DNA from: Candidatus Marinacidobacterales bacterium
GTDB lineage: Bacteria; Acidobacteriota; Vicinamibacteria; Marinacidobacterales; DATDRI01
Direction: 5' to 3'
Length of the DNA stretch: 64,000 bases
Assembly: GCA_965226495.1 (NCBI GenBank)
Contig: OZ245365.1
Coordinates: 1,696,001 to 1,760,000 of the forward strand
Shown one piece after another: positions 49,843 through 58,815 of this stretch; the stretch's first letter is position 1, and every line of letters begins with the position of its first letter. The translations under genes and the position numbers were made by a program. The notes below the pieces were generated by a model. It was not told the origin of the DNA. It worked only from the letters and a program-made list of their open reading frames with translations, and did not search any database.

Positions 49843-49920
49843 CTACTCTCTTTGTCAGACGATCGGCGCAGGGATGTTGAATTCCGGTTGAATGGCGCCG
49901 CTCGCACTGGCATGTTAGCC
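49837..49920 (+). other. attC site, degenerate (R'' GTCTAGC)
   Basis: gacgatcggcgc...gcgccgctcg family-A-like stem, ending GTTAGCC. Confidence 0.5.
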
Positions 49921-49952
49921 GTCGGAGAATCGTGTCAAGGAGAGAACGCCTG

Positions 49953-50456
49953 ATGAAGGACCTGTCGCCGAAGACTCTGCGCCGATTGGACATCCAAGGC
50001 TTTGAGCGAGTGGACGAGGAGCGCCTGGCCCAAATCGCGCCATGGCTGCGGTTGGCCTTCGGGCTGTGTGCCGCGCTTGCCGTGCTGGGGACAGCCCTTG
50101 GCTCGCCGAAGATCCTCCTGACCTTGGCAGTTATTGCATTGGCTGCAACGCTGTCGCCGGTCCATCCATTCGATTTGATTTACAACTATGGCATCCGTCA
50201 TGCGACTGGCACGCCCCGGTTGCCACGACGTGGCGCTCCCTCCCGTTTCGCATGCGGGATCGGCGTGGTCTGGCTAGTGGCAACGGCCTGGGCGTTTCAG
50301 ACCGGGCGGGCCCCTTTAGGATACACGCTGGGGTTTCTCCTGAGTTTGGTAGCGGTCCTCGTTAGCACTACGGACATTTGCATCCCGTCGCTCATTTACC
50401 GAGCGCTGTTCGGAGAACCTACTCCACGGATCGACAATAAAGACTCTGAAGCTTGA
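49953..50456 (+). CDS. DUF4395-like membrane protein
   Basis: HPFDLIY, PSRFACGIG and ICIPS motifs. Confidence 0.7.
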   Translation: MKDLSPKTLRRLDIQGFERVDEERLAQIAPWLRLAFGLCAALAVLGTALGSPKILLTLAVIALAATLSPVHPFDLIYNYGIRHATGTPRLPRRGAPSRFACGIGVVWLVATAWAFQTGRAPLGYTLGFLLSLVAVLVSTTDICIPSLIYRALFGEPTPRIDNKDSEA

Positions 50457-50472
50457 AAATAGGCGAAACGAA

Positions 50473-50877
50473 ATGTATTGCCCCAATCCGGAGTGCCCCC
50501 ACGCTCAAACAGCGGGAGAGCCTGCGGAGTATCGGGAGGGTGTTGTCCGGTGTAACGATTGCGGCTCGGGCCTTGTGGCGTGGAAGCCGGAAGAGGGTCG
50601 GCAGCAATCCGAGCTGGAGTATGAAGAGTTCGTGCCGGTACTCGAGTTGCAGGGCGCCGCGATGGTTTCTTTTGTGAAATCGTTGCTTCAATCGGTAGGA
50701 ATCCGGTTTTTCATTAAGGGTGAACGGGTTCAAGATCTTATTGCTTTCGGTCAGCTCGGCGCCGGCTTCAACCCAATCACGGGTCCACCCGTCGTGTTGG
50801 TGGAGCCTTCTAGGTCGGAGGAAGCGCGTGTGCTTCTAGCGGCGATCGAAGAGGAAGGGGAGGAAGACGATGTCTAA
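50473..50877 (+). CDS. zinc-ribbon + DUF2007-like protein
   Basis: YCP..C...EYREG...CNDC; KSLLQSVGI. Confidence 0.7.
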   Translation: MYCPNPECPHAQTAGEPAEYREGVVRCNDCGSGLVAWKPEEGRQQSELEYEEFVPVLELQGAAMVSFVKSLLQSVGIRFFIKGERVQDLIAFGQLGAGFNPITGPPVVLVEPSRSEEARVLLAAIEEEGEEDDV

Positions 50878-50947
50878 CCCGCGCATGCTACACACGGCTA
50901 CCGCTAATGTGTCGTGGCGGCGCCAGCCGTTCAACGGCCTGTTAGGC
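50872..50947 (+). other. attC site, most distal recognisable
   Basis: GTCTAAC (overlapping the stop)...acggct/agccgt...GTTAGGC. Confidence 0.65.
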
Positions 50948-50976
50948 ATTTACGAATCGTGGCCGGACGAGTGGGA

Positions 50977-51519
50977 ATGGAGAATGCAGTGAGATCAGGC
51001 GCGGCGTACGTGGTGTTGGTTGTGGCGAACATCCTCTCCGTCGCTGGCTGGGGTTGCCAAGGTTTGTCCCAGCGTCGAACCGCCACAATGCGAGCATCTT
51101 CAATGGAACCCACGATCGAGAACGGAGCGGTTGTTCGCTATGAACTCCTTTCCGAAGACAACGCCGGTGCCGTCCGGCGTGGCGAAGTAGTTGTTGTTAA
51201 ACCGCCGCTCGAGACGAAGAGAAACGAATGGCTCAAGAGAGTGGTGGCCCTTGAGGGAGACGTCGTCGAGATACGAGAGGATCGTATGTTCGTTAACGGA
51301 GAAGTTGTGCTAGCGGAGTATGGCAGACATCCTGCAGAACGCGACCCTCCGAACGGAGAGAAATACCGCTCTTCACCGACCGGGTCGACGCAGGCGCCGG
51401 TAGCAGTCCCGGCAGGCACGGTTTTCGTCATCGGTGACAATTGGGAAAATTCTATGGACAGTCGCCATTTCGGCCCGATACCCTTGGAGTCGATCGTCGG
51501 TATCGTCGAGCTGGACTGA
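50977..51519 (+). CDS. lepB: cassette: signal peptidase I (S26)
   Basis: SSMEPT (Ser), KRVVALEGD (Lys) and GDN..NSMDSRHFG motifs. Confidence 0.88.
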   Translation: MENAVRSGAAYVVLVVANILSVAGWGCQGLSQRRTATMRASSMEPTIENGAVVRYELLSEDNAGAVRRGEVVVVKPPLETKRNEWLKRVVALEGDVVEIREDRMFVNGEVVLAEYGRHPAERDPPNGEKYRSSPTGSTQAPVAVPAGTVFVIGDNWENSMDSRHFGPIPLESIVGIVELD

Positions 51520-51625
51520 AGGCAGGGGTGGTCAGTCGCGAAGAGCTCAACGACGATGCGATAGCCCGCTTGATTGCGGCTAGAGACCGCGTGTTTTAGA
51601 TATTCTCTACGCCCTCGCCATAGTA

Positions 51626-51865
51626 GTGGGGTTGGTCCTTATTTGGGCCAAATTGAATCGCTCGACCGGTGAGCGATTGCTAAGGCGGGATGTTTCTCCT
51701 CCTTCTGGCGAGGGGACCGAGACAGATGTGGAGCGCCTCGTCGTGGCGGGACGTCGCATTGACGCCATTAAGCTATACCGGGAGATTCACAGCGTCGGAC
51801 TCAAGGAAGCCAAAGACGTCGTAGACAAGCTCGTTGGGCGTCTCGACCGTGGACCAAGGGAATGA
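51626..51865 (+). CDS. small membrane-anchored protein with L7/L12 C-terminal-like motif; start uncertain
   Basis: IDAIKLYRE..GLKEAKDVVD. Confidence 0.6.
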   Translation: MGLVLIWAKLNRSTGERLLRRDVSPPSGEGTETDVERLVVAGRRIDAIKLYREIHSVGLKEAKDVVDKLVGRLDRGPRE

Positions 51866-52075
51866 GAGGTGCACGGCGGACACGGAAAGCCGGCGTTTTG
51901 CTCTCGGGGTTCAGCTCTCATCGAGGATAGATGTTCGACTCGAGGTGCGTGGGTTCGGGGCTAAGCGGAGTTTGTCATTCGATACCCCCAACGACTGGAT
52001 TTTCAACAGTATGGGATTTTTCGGCGGGAGCTTCCGATTCTGATATGGTACGGAGGTCTGTGCTCGGCCCCCACC

Positions 52076-52480
52076 ATGAAACAAACCATTGGCCACGTTG
52101 CTCTTGTCGTTAGAGACTACGACGAGGCCATCGAGTTCTTCACACAAAAGCTCCGCTTCAGGCTGATCGAGGATCTCGCGCAGGAGGGCAAGCGGTGGGT
52201 CCTGGTCGCTCCTCCCAACTCAACGGGCCCGAGTCTACTTCTTGCCCGAGCGTCGACGCCGGAACAGGAGTCTCGCATTGGCAACCAGACCGGAGGTCGG
52301 GTGTTTCTTTTCCTGCACACCGATGACTTCGCCCGGGACTACGCGGAGATGACGGACCGCGGCGTCCAATTCTTGGAAGCGCCGCGGGACGAAGCCTACG
52401 GCAAGGTTGCTGTCTTTGAAGACCTCTATGGTAACAAGTGGGACCTGTTGGAGTTGAGAGGCGATACCGTCTCCCATTGA
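52076..52480 (+). CDS. VOC/glyoxalase family protein
   Basis: VRDYDEAIEFF, GNQTGGRVFLFL and FEDLYGNKWDL motifs. Confidence 0.9.
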   Translation: MKQTIGHVALVVRDYDEAIEFFTQKLRFRLIEDLAQEGKRWVLVAPPNSTGPSLLLARASTPEQESRIGNQTGGRVFLFLHTDDFARDYAEMTDRGVQFLEAPRDEAYGKVAVFEDLYGNKWDLLELRGDTVSH

Positions 52481-52513
52481 TGATTGATGGCGAGGGTGAT
52501 CCGGAGGAAGCCC

Positions 52514-52864
52514 ATGGACATTCGAGTCAAACGAGTCTACGAGCCACCATCGAAAAGCGACGGGCGGCGGGTTCTGGTGGATCGGCTTTGGCCGCGAGGT
52601 TTGTCAAAGGCGGGCGCGAAGATCGACTACTGGCCCAAGGAAATCGCCCCGTCGACCGAGCTTCGCAAGTGGTATGGCCACGAGCCGGATAAGTGGCCCG
52701 AATTCAAGCGGCGGTACTTCAAGGAGTTGAAGTCCAAAGCCGCCGCGGTTCAGGCTCTCCTCGACTACGTCGGCAGCGGGAAGGTGACGTTCGTTTACGG
52801 GTCGAAGGAGGAACGTCTCAACAATGTCGCCGCGCTGAAGGAGTACCTGGACAAGCGGGGATAG
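52514..52864 (+). CDS. DUF488 (YeaO-like) protein
   Basis: KRVY, RVLVDRLWPRG and IAPSTELRKW motifs. Confidence 0.9.
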   Translation: MDIRVKRVYEPPSKSDGRRVLVDRLWPRGLSKAGAKIDYWPKEIAPSTELRKWYGHEPDKWPEFKRRYFKELKSKAAAVQALLDYVGSGKVTFVYGSKEERLNNVAALKEYLDKRG

Positions 52865-53010
52865 TGCCTCGCCGGACGGGCGCTCGGAGCAGCCAGGGCA
52901 AAGAGAACTTTACTTTGTGAATGCTTCCCCGACGGTCGATGGCATCTTGTTCTATATCGAGGGGGCAGGGAACGAGGGTCGGCAGACGCCATTTGTTGGT
53001 GCAGCTAACG

Positions 53011-53295
53011 ATGAACAAAGAAGTGGTGGACACCTACTACTCGGAGGACGGTTGGCATAGAGTCGAGATCGTGCGGCGTTCGGATCGGCTACTCGAAATC
53101 ATACCCGCTTCTTGGCGTCGTGAGCTCGTCGAAGGGTACGGTGAAGTCAGCGAACCGTACTGGTCTCCGAATAGGAGCTCACCGGTGAAACTGTGTGACA
53201 CGATGGAAAGGGCAAAGGAGATGGCGTTGGAAGAACTGCGGTTACTTTCTGGCAGCGATGGTTGGACAGGCTCATGGCAAGAACCAACGTCCTAA
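53011..53295 (+). CDS. hypothetical protein
   Basis: Plausible ORF co-oriented with its neighbours. Confidence 0.5.
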   Translation: MNKEVVDTYYSEDGWHRVEIVRRSDRLLEIIPASWRRELVEGYGEVSEPYWSPNRSSPVKLCDTMERAKEMALEELRLLSGSDGWTGSWQEPTS

Positions 53296-53681
53296 GCGGA
53301 CCACGCCTGAGGGGATCGGTTTGACCCTAATGTTCGTACGGGTGCAATTGATTCACAAGGGAGAATTACTATGAAGCCGACGATCCAGCGCACGCCACAC
53401 GTCTCGCTAAAGATGGTCGCGGCTCTTCTCTAGGTTCTTGGTTCGGTTGGCAATGACACAACAGCTGAAGAAACGAATCGGCTCATCGGCGATGTTCTGT
53501 CGGTGTACGAGATCAGCGACGAACTCGGTCGATCTTGCAAGGGTCTATTCAGCCGCTGTTCGTCCGAGCTCGCCGCGCATGAAGAAATTGCCACGAGCGT
53601 AGGGAATGGTCATGGAATGGTTTACAAACCTTATGAGGAGTGGGTGGGGCCCACCCTGCGGTGGGCCGAGAGATAGTCGAT

Positions 53682-54515
53682 ATGAGTGACGCTCGCAAGA
53701 ATGTATCCGAACACTACACCCAGGGTGACCTCGAACAGCGCATTCTGTCGGCGCTCGAGGAAGCTGGGAAGGATCTCGATTCGCTCTCCGTCGACGACTT
53801 GGCACCAGTGGATGAGTTTCACATTCGCGGGAGGACGGCGACCGAGGAGCTGGCGAAGCTGGCGGAGATCCAGCCGGGGCAGGCGTTGCTCGACGTCGGC
53901 TGTGGTTTGGGTGGAACGAGCCGCTATCTGGCGAGCACGTTCGGTTGTAACGCCGTGGGCGTGGACTTGACCGAGGAGTATTGTCGCGTCGCCGAAAAGC
54001 TGTCGGCGCGAGTTGGACTCGCCGATCGAACCGTCTTTCGGCAAGGGAGCGCTCTCGGTCTACCGTTTCCAGATGGTCAATTCGATGTCGTTTGGACGGA
54101 GCACGTTCAGATGAACATCCCGGATAAAGCCGGCTTTTACCGCGAGCTTCGCCGAGTTTTAAAACCCCACGGACGACTCGCGTTTCACGATATCTTCGCG
54201 GGCGCCAACGAGGGCGTCCATTTCCCGGTTCCATGGGCATCGGATGCCTCGATTAGCCATTTGATCTCCGTCGAAGAGCTAAAGACTCTTCTCACTGATC
54301 TGGGTTTATCGGCGTTGTGCTGGGAGGACAAGAGCAAGGCCTCTATAGTTTTTTTCAAGACTTCGCAAAAGCGGATACGAACCAAGGGTTGGCTTCCGGT
54401 CGGGCTACATTTGTTGATGGGGGACGACGCCTCGACTAAATTCGGAAACGTACTTCGCAACCTGGAAGAGGGTCGCGTGCTGGTGATTCAGGCTGTGATG
54501 GAGTGCGCGGTTTAG
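53682..54515 (+). CDS. class I SAM-dependent methyltransferase
   Basis: DEFHIRG, LDVGCGLGG, LPFPDGQFD and HVQMNI motifs. Confidence 0.9.
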   Translation: MSDARKNVSEHYTQGDLEQRILSALEEAGKDLDSLSVDDLAPVDEFHIRGRTATEELAKLAEIQPGQALLDVGCGLGGTSRYLASTFGCNAVGVDLTEEYCRVAEKLSARVGLADRTVFRQGSALGLPFPDGQFDVVWTEHVQMNIPDKAGFYRELRRVLKPHGRLAFHDIFAGANEGVHFPVPWASDASISHLISVEELKTLLTDLGLSALCWEDKSKASIVFFKTSQKRIRTKGWLPVGLHLLMGDDASTKFGNVLRNLEEGRVLVIQAVMECAV

Positions 54516-54522
54516 CGGACCG

Positions 54523-55140
54523 ATGAGCGTCGGTCTGCTTATCTTTCTCGTGATCGTGAGTGGGCTTGGGCTCGGTTGGGTAATGCACCGGCATTCGGTG
54601 CGCCGTATGACGCCAGCCTTGAGGCGCCTGGCCCTGGAGCGGGATGGAGTCGTGGAATCGCCTAGCCTCGTCTCGATGCCGAAGTTGCTTTTTTCGCACG
54701 CCGGCGCCGCGGTCGAAGTCTCCAGCGCATCCTCGGGATCGGAGGGACAGTCGGGGCGCTATACTTACGTGCTCTTCTCCGGGCTGGACTGTAGACCATT
54801 CGAGTTTCGAATTCGCCCTCGATCGCTACAGACCATCGGGGACGCCGCCCTCGGGATCAAGAAGCCGATGCCTCAGCTACCGGGTCGGCTGGGAGAGCGG
54901 CTGGCCATCTATACGAACGATGAGACCCAAATGGAGTCTGTGCTATCAGAGCGAGTGCGGGTGGATCTCCTGTCATGGGCGGAGCAGGAAAAGGAAAATC
55001 AGATCGAGGATGTTCGCAACTACGACGATAAGCTGATCTATGCCGTCACCGGCACGCTGGGCGAACACAAGGAGTATCAACTCCTTCTCGAAACGGCGTG
55101 TCGGTTCTACGACGCCGTGACGAACGCGGTATCCAATTAG
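54523..55140 (+). CDS. membrane-anchored hypothetical protein
   Basis: N-terminal TM segment; 205-aa ORF. Confidence 0.7.
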   Translation: MSVGLLIFLVIVSGLGLGWVMHRHSVRRMTPALRRLALERDGVVESPSLVSMPKLLFSHAGAAVEVSSASSGSEGQSGRYTYVLFSGLDCRPFEFRIRPRSLQTIGDAALGIKKPMPQLPGRLGERLAIYTNDETQMESVLSERVRVDLLSWAEQEKENQIEDVRNYDDKLIYAVTGTLGEHKEYQLLLETACRFYDAVTNAVSN

Positions 55141-55159
55141 TTCTAATAGAAGGTGATAT

Positions 55160-56119
55160 ATGCAGAAGGTTGTCCTTTGCGGAATGTTCCTCTTAATTGC
55201 AGGCGCGGCGACTGAAGCGGCGCAGAAGGAACACAATGTCACCGTCACGATTCTGACCACCAATGCCGCGGACACCGTTGGGCAAGGCGAATGGAGTTTC
55301 GCCGCTTGGGTCGAGGTGGATGGTCGCGCTTTCCTGTTCGACACGGGCTGGTCGCCTGGGAACGTTCTCTCGAACGCCGGGGCGCTCGGGATCGATCTTT
55401 CCGTTGCCGAGGATCTGGTCCTCAGCCATCATCACGGCGATCATACCGGGGGCCTCGAAACTCTGAGGACGGAGTTGTCGAAGCGGAACCCCAAGGCGCT
55501 TTCCCGGATTCACGCGGCAGAGGGGATTTTCACCGCGCGACCGTCCCTGGATGGGAGCGAAAGAAACCCCATGGTGGCGTTGCGCAAACGGCTCGAGGAA
55601 TCCGGTGCCACCTTCATTATCTATGATCGGGCAACCGAGCTTGCTGATGGAGTGTGGATCACGGGTCCGGTTCCAAGGCCGCACGACGAAAAAGTCTATC
55701 CGGTCGGTCCCCAATGGGTTATGAAGCAAGGCGGTTCCAACGTGCCGGATATCGTCCCTGAGAGCCAGTCGCTGGTGGTGGTAGCAGATGGCGGTCCGGT
55801 CGTCGTGTCCGGGTGCGGTCATGCCGGCCTGATCGATACGCTCGAACACGTCCGGAGCAAAGTTTCCGACGCGTCACCGCAGGCAGCGATCGGTGGGTTT
55901 CATCTCTTTGCTGCATCAGACGACGTTCTGATCTGGACCAGCAAGGAGCTCGAGAAACTCGGGCTCGGCTATTTCTTGGGCTCGCACTGCACCGGTTTCG
56001 AGAGCGTGTATCGTATTCGGGAGCTCGGCTCGATGGGCCGCGACAGGGCGCTGGTGGGTGCCATCGGGACCAAGTTCGTGAGCGGGAAGGGCATCGAGGC
56101 TGGCGCCATCAATCGCTAA
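55160..56119 (+). CDS. exported MBL-fold metallo-hydrolase, paralog of 39794-40774
   Basis: LFDTG, SHHHGDH, PESQSLV, SGCGH and SHCTG motifs. Confidence 0.88.
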   Translation: MQKVVLCGMFLLIAGAATEAAQKEHNVTVTILTTNAADTVGQGEWSFAAWVEVDGRAFLFDTGWSPGNVLSNAGALGIDLSVAEDLVLSHHHGDHTGGLETLRTELSKRNPKALSRIHAAEGIFTARPSLDGSERNPMVALRKRLEESGATFIIYDRATELADGVWITGPVPRPHDEKVYPVGPQWVMKQGGSNVPDIVPESQSLVVVADGGPVVVSGCGHAGLIDTLEHVRSKVSDASPQAAIGGFHLFAASDDVLIWTSKELEKLGLGYFLGSHCTGFESVYRIRELGSMGRDRALVGAIGTKFVSGKGIEAGAINR

Positions 56120-56129
56120 GAGGAACCGC

Positions 56130-56597
56130 ATGCAAAGCGAACTAATAGAAGCGTGGCGGACCAACAATCGAATCAACCTGTTTCTCATCCAGCGTATCAG
56201 TGCCGCAGGGATGAAATGCACTCTCTCGAAGCGAGGTGGGCGGGATGTGGCCCTTCAGTTTGCACATATCCACAACGTACGCGTTTGGCACCTCGAGAAG
56301 CGAGCGAAGGATTTGTCGAAGGGACTTGCGACGTTCGAGAGCAAGGTGAGCCCCAAGAAAACCGAGCTCAAGAAGGCCCTTACCGCGTCTGGCCGGGCGG
56401 TCGAGACCTTCCTCGGAGACGTGCTTTCTGGAAAGCCGCGGCGGCGCGGGTTCAAGAAAGGGCTTTTCACCACGCTCTCTTACTTCGTTGCCCACGAGAG
56501 TCACCATCGCGGTAGCATCTTGCTGACGTTGAAGGAGCGCGGTCATTCGCTCGACAACGCGACCGCCTACGCAATCTGGGGCTGGGATCAAATGTGA
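56130..56597 (+). CDS. DinB-family protein
   Basis: FAHIHNVR and AHESHHRG His motifs. Confidence 0.85.
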   Translation: MQSELIEAWRTNNRINLFLIQRISAAGMKCTLSKRGGRDVALQFAHIHNVRVWHLEKRAKDLSKGLATFESKVSPKKTELKKALTASGRAVETFLGDVLSGKPRRRGFKKGLFTTLSYFVAHESHHRGSILLTLKERGHSLDNATAYAIWGWDQM

Positions 56598-56610
56598 CGA
56601 ACCGGGAGCA

Positions 56611-56638
56611 TGGACGAGTTATCAAAACGGTTTATAAT
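56611..56638 (+). promoter_or_regulatory. possible promoter of the aquaporin gene
   Basis: TGGACG-N16-TATAAT, 8 bp before the ATG. Confidence 0.4.
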
Positions 56639-56646
56639 CACTTCGC

Positions 56647-57330
56647 ATGAAACGCTACATCGCAGAATCCATCGGAACGTTTGCGCTCGTATTCGCGGGT
56701 ACGGCGGCCATTGTCATTAACGAACTGAACGGCGGCGTCATTTCCCACGTCGGGGTGGCCATGACGTTTGGCCTGGTGGTCATGGCAATGATCTATTCGG
56801 TCGGAGATGTTTCCGGTGCGCATCTGAACCCCGCCGTGACGCTGGGGTTCTGGGCTTCGGGCCGCATGTCAGGACGCGACGTTCTGCCGTACGTGGTGAG
56901 TCAGTCGGCGGGCGCCCTGGTTGCCAGCCTCGTCGTACGCGCATTGTTTTTCGAGAGTCAGACTCTCGGCGCCACCCTTCCAGCCGGTCGGGTCTCGCAA
57001 TCCTTCCTTCTCGAAGTGCTCCTAACTTCCATCCTGATGTTTGTGATTCTCGGCGTTTCCACCGGTGCCAAAGAAAAGGGTCTCATGGCTGGCATGGCCG
57101 TAGGTGGAGCCGTCGCCCTGGGCGCTCTTTGCGGAGGTCCGGTCTCCGGTGCGTCGATGAATCCGGCGCGATCCCTAGGACCCGCCCTCGTGAGCGGACA
57201 GGTGCAGGCGCTTTGGATTTACTTGACGGCGCCGGTGATCGGCGCGTTTATCGCAGTCGGCGCGTGCCGCTGCGTGCGGGACTCGGATTGCTGCAGTCCA
57301 GCCACCACCAATGTTCAAATAGAACAGTGA
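56647..57330 (+). CDS. MIP-family aquaporin/aquaglyceroporin
   Basis: Two NPA boxes (SGAHLNPAVT, SMNPARS); Cys-rich C-terminal tail. Confidence 0.92.
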   Translation: MKRYIAESIGTFALVFAGTAAIVINELNGGVISHVGVAMTFGLVVMAMIYSVGDVSGAHLNPAVTLGFWASGRMSGRDVLPYVVSQSAGALVASLVVRALFFESQTLGATLPAGRVSQSFLLEVLLTSILMFVILGVSTGAKEKGLMAGMAVGGAVALGALCGGPVSGASMNPARSLGPALVSGQVQALWIYLTAPVIGAFIAVGACRCVRDSDCCSPATTNVQIEQ

Positions 57331-57386
57331 CCTCGGGACTTTGCTGCGGCTGAACTCCCGGTCGCCGGAAAGGATACTGAAGGCTT

Positions 57387-57800
57387 TTGGGAAAGACGCT
57401 CCTCCACCGACTCTTTGGAGCGGGTCGCATTCCCAAGGCGATGTTGCCCATCTTGCAGCAAGAGGGCATCGTGCTCCTCGACGAAGGCATCGGGGGGAGT
57501 ATCATCTTTCGGAACTTCCGAGCCCCCGGAAAGCGCTATAGCTACCGCAGCAATTGGTTTACCGGCTCGCTGGTCCTAACCGGGATACGTTTCGCTGGTT
57601 TTCAGTACTCCAAGCCGATCATCAACGTGCCTCTCGAGGAGAAGTGGCTCAACGAGCTGGATTGCTCGGTCCGACGCGAGAAGACACTCTCGGTATCCTT
57701 CGATTCGTCTGCATTCCACGAAGATTGGTCCGGCATGATCGAGTGCCGGTTCTCGACGAACTACGCGCGTCTTTTTCTAGAGCGGCTCGAACGCCGATAG
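57387..57800 (+). CDS. hypothetical protein
   Basis: TTG start after GAAGG; EGIVLLDEGI motif. Confidence 0.65.
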   Translation: MGKTLLHRLFGAGRIPKAMLPILQQEGIVLLDEGIGGSIIFRNFRAPGKRYSYRSNWFTGSLVLTGIRFAGFQYSKPIINVPLEEKWLNELDCSVRREKTLSVSFDSSAFHEDWSGMIECRFSTNYARLFLERLERR

Positions 57801-57867
57801 GTGGGGTTTTTGCATTCCCCTCAGGCCGATTAGAATATCCGGGCCCTGGCCGTTTGGAGGTGTTCCG

Positions 57868-58404
57868 ATGAGAGCTCTGATAGCCGTCTTCACCACAAGT
57901 CTCGCGGCGGGGCCCCCGCCCACGGCCTCGGAGGCGCCGTCTGCTACGGTCCTGACCGCAAGCGCATTCATCGAGGCGAGCTATGAGGCGGTTTGGGAGA
58001 GATTTACCAAAGCCGAGGCGTACGAAGCGTGGTACTCGTCACCATGTCGGGAGTTCGGAGCTCACCCCGGAGACCCTGTCGTCTGGGGGAACGAGGAACG
58101 GGTTCTCTACCGTGGGGCGCTGGAGAGAATAGAAAAGGGTGTGGGTTTGACCCATACGTTTCAGTTCGTGGGCTTCGGCTTCGAAGAGCCTCCCACTTCG
58201 GTAGAGATCGATATCTTCGAGCGCGGCGAAACCGTGCTGGTTGCGATCCGCCACGATTGCACCGAGGCTCCCAAGACATGCGAGATAATCAGCCCCGTGG
58301 GATGGCTGAAATCCCTCTCGAGACTCAAGACGCTTCTGGAGACCGGCCGAGCGATGCCATGGCCAGAAGACCCCAAGTCTCCCAACTCTGGTGATAGCAG
58401 GTGA
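57868..58404 (+). CDS. SRPBCC/AHSA1-domain protein
   Basis: IEASYEAVWE and GW..SLSRLKTLLETG; GGAGG RBS. Confidence 0.8.
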   Translation: MRALIAVFTTSLAAGPPPTASEAPSATVLTASAFIEASYEAVWERFTKAEAYEAWYSSPCREFGAHPGDPVVWGNEERVLYRGALERIEKGVGLTHTFQFVGFGFEEPPTSVEIDIFERGETVLVAIRHDCTEAPKTCEIISPVGWLKSLSRLKTLLETGRAMPWPEDPKSPNSGDSR

Positions 58405-58407
58405 CCG

Positions 58408-58689
58408 ATGTGCAGAAACATCAAGACGCTCTTTAACTTCGCTCCTCCCGCCACCGATGCAGAGGTTCGATCGGCATCCGTTCAATTCGTTCGGAAGTTG
58501 AGCGGGTTTACCAAACCCTCCAAGGTCAACGAGGCCGCGTTCGACCGCGCGGTCGAAGACGTTGCGGCAGTCGCCAGTGAGTTGATCGGTGCTCTCGTCA
58601 CGACCTCACCGACACGCAACCGGGAAGAGGAAGCGGAGAAGGCACGGGCCCGGGTCGAGAAGCGCTTCGGCAACGCGCGAAGCGCCTAG
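58408..58689 (+). CDS. DUF2277-family protein
   Basis: MCRNIKTLFNF, QFVRKLSGF. Confidence 0.85.
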   Translation: MCRNIKTLFNFAPPATDAEVRSASVQFVRKLSGFTKPSKVNEAAFDRAVEDVAAVASELIGALVTTSPTRNREEEAEKARARVEKRFGNARSA

Positions 58690-58693
58690 TGAG

Positions 58694-58815
58694 GGGGTCT
58701 GATCCAAGAATATGACAGGGAATATGACAGGGGTCTGATCTAAAAATGTGCATCCGGGTCAGACTTGTGCACATTTTTAGATCAGACCCCTGCGATAATT
58801 CTGGATCAGACCCCC
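58694..58815. repeat. nested inverted-repeat element (REP/MITE-like)
   Basis: Perfect 23-bp IR ggggtctgatctaaaaatgtgca / tgcacatttttagatcagacccc inside an outer ggggtctgatcca / tggatcagacccc pair; 12-bp tandem gaatatgacagg. Confidence 0.8.

Noticed and set aside
52975-53003. GTTGGTG preceded by gcagacgccattt as an attC right arm
   Set aside because: No matching left arm or R'' was found; too weak to call.
53371-53677. RBS-preceded frame with an in-frame TAG at codon 21 (readthrough or pyrrolysine)
   Set aside because: No recognisable homology and no recoding machinery in view; at most a decayed gene.
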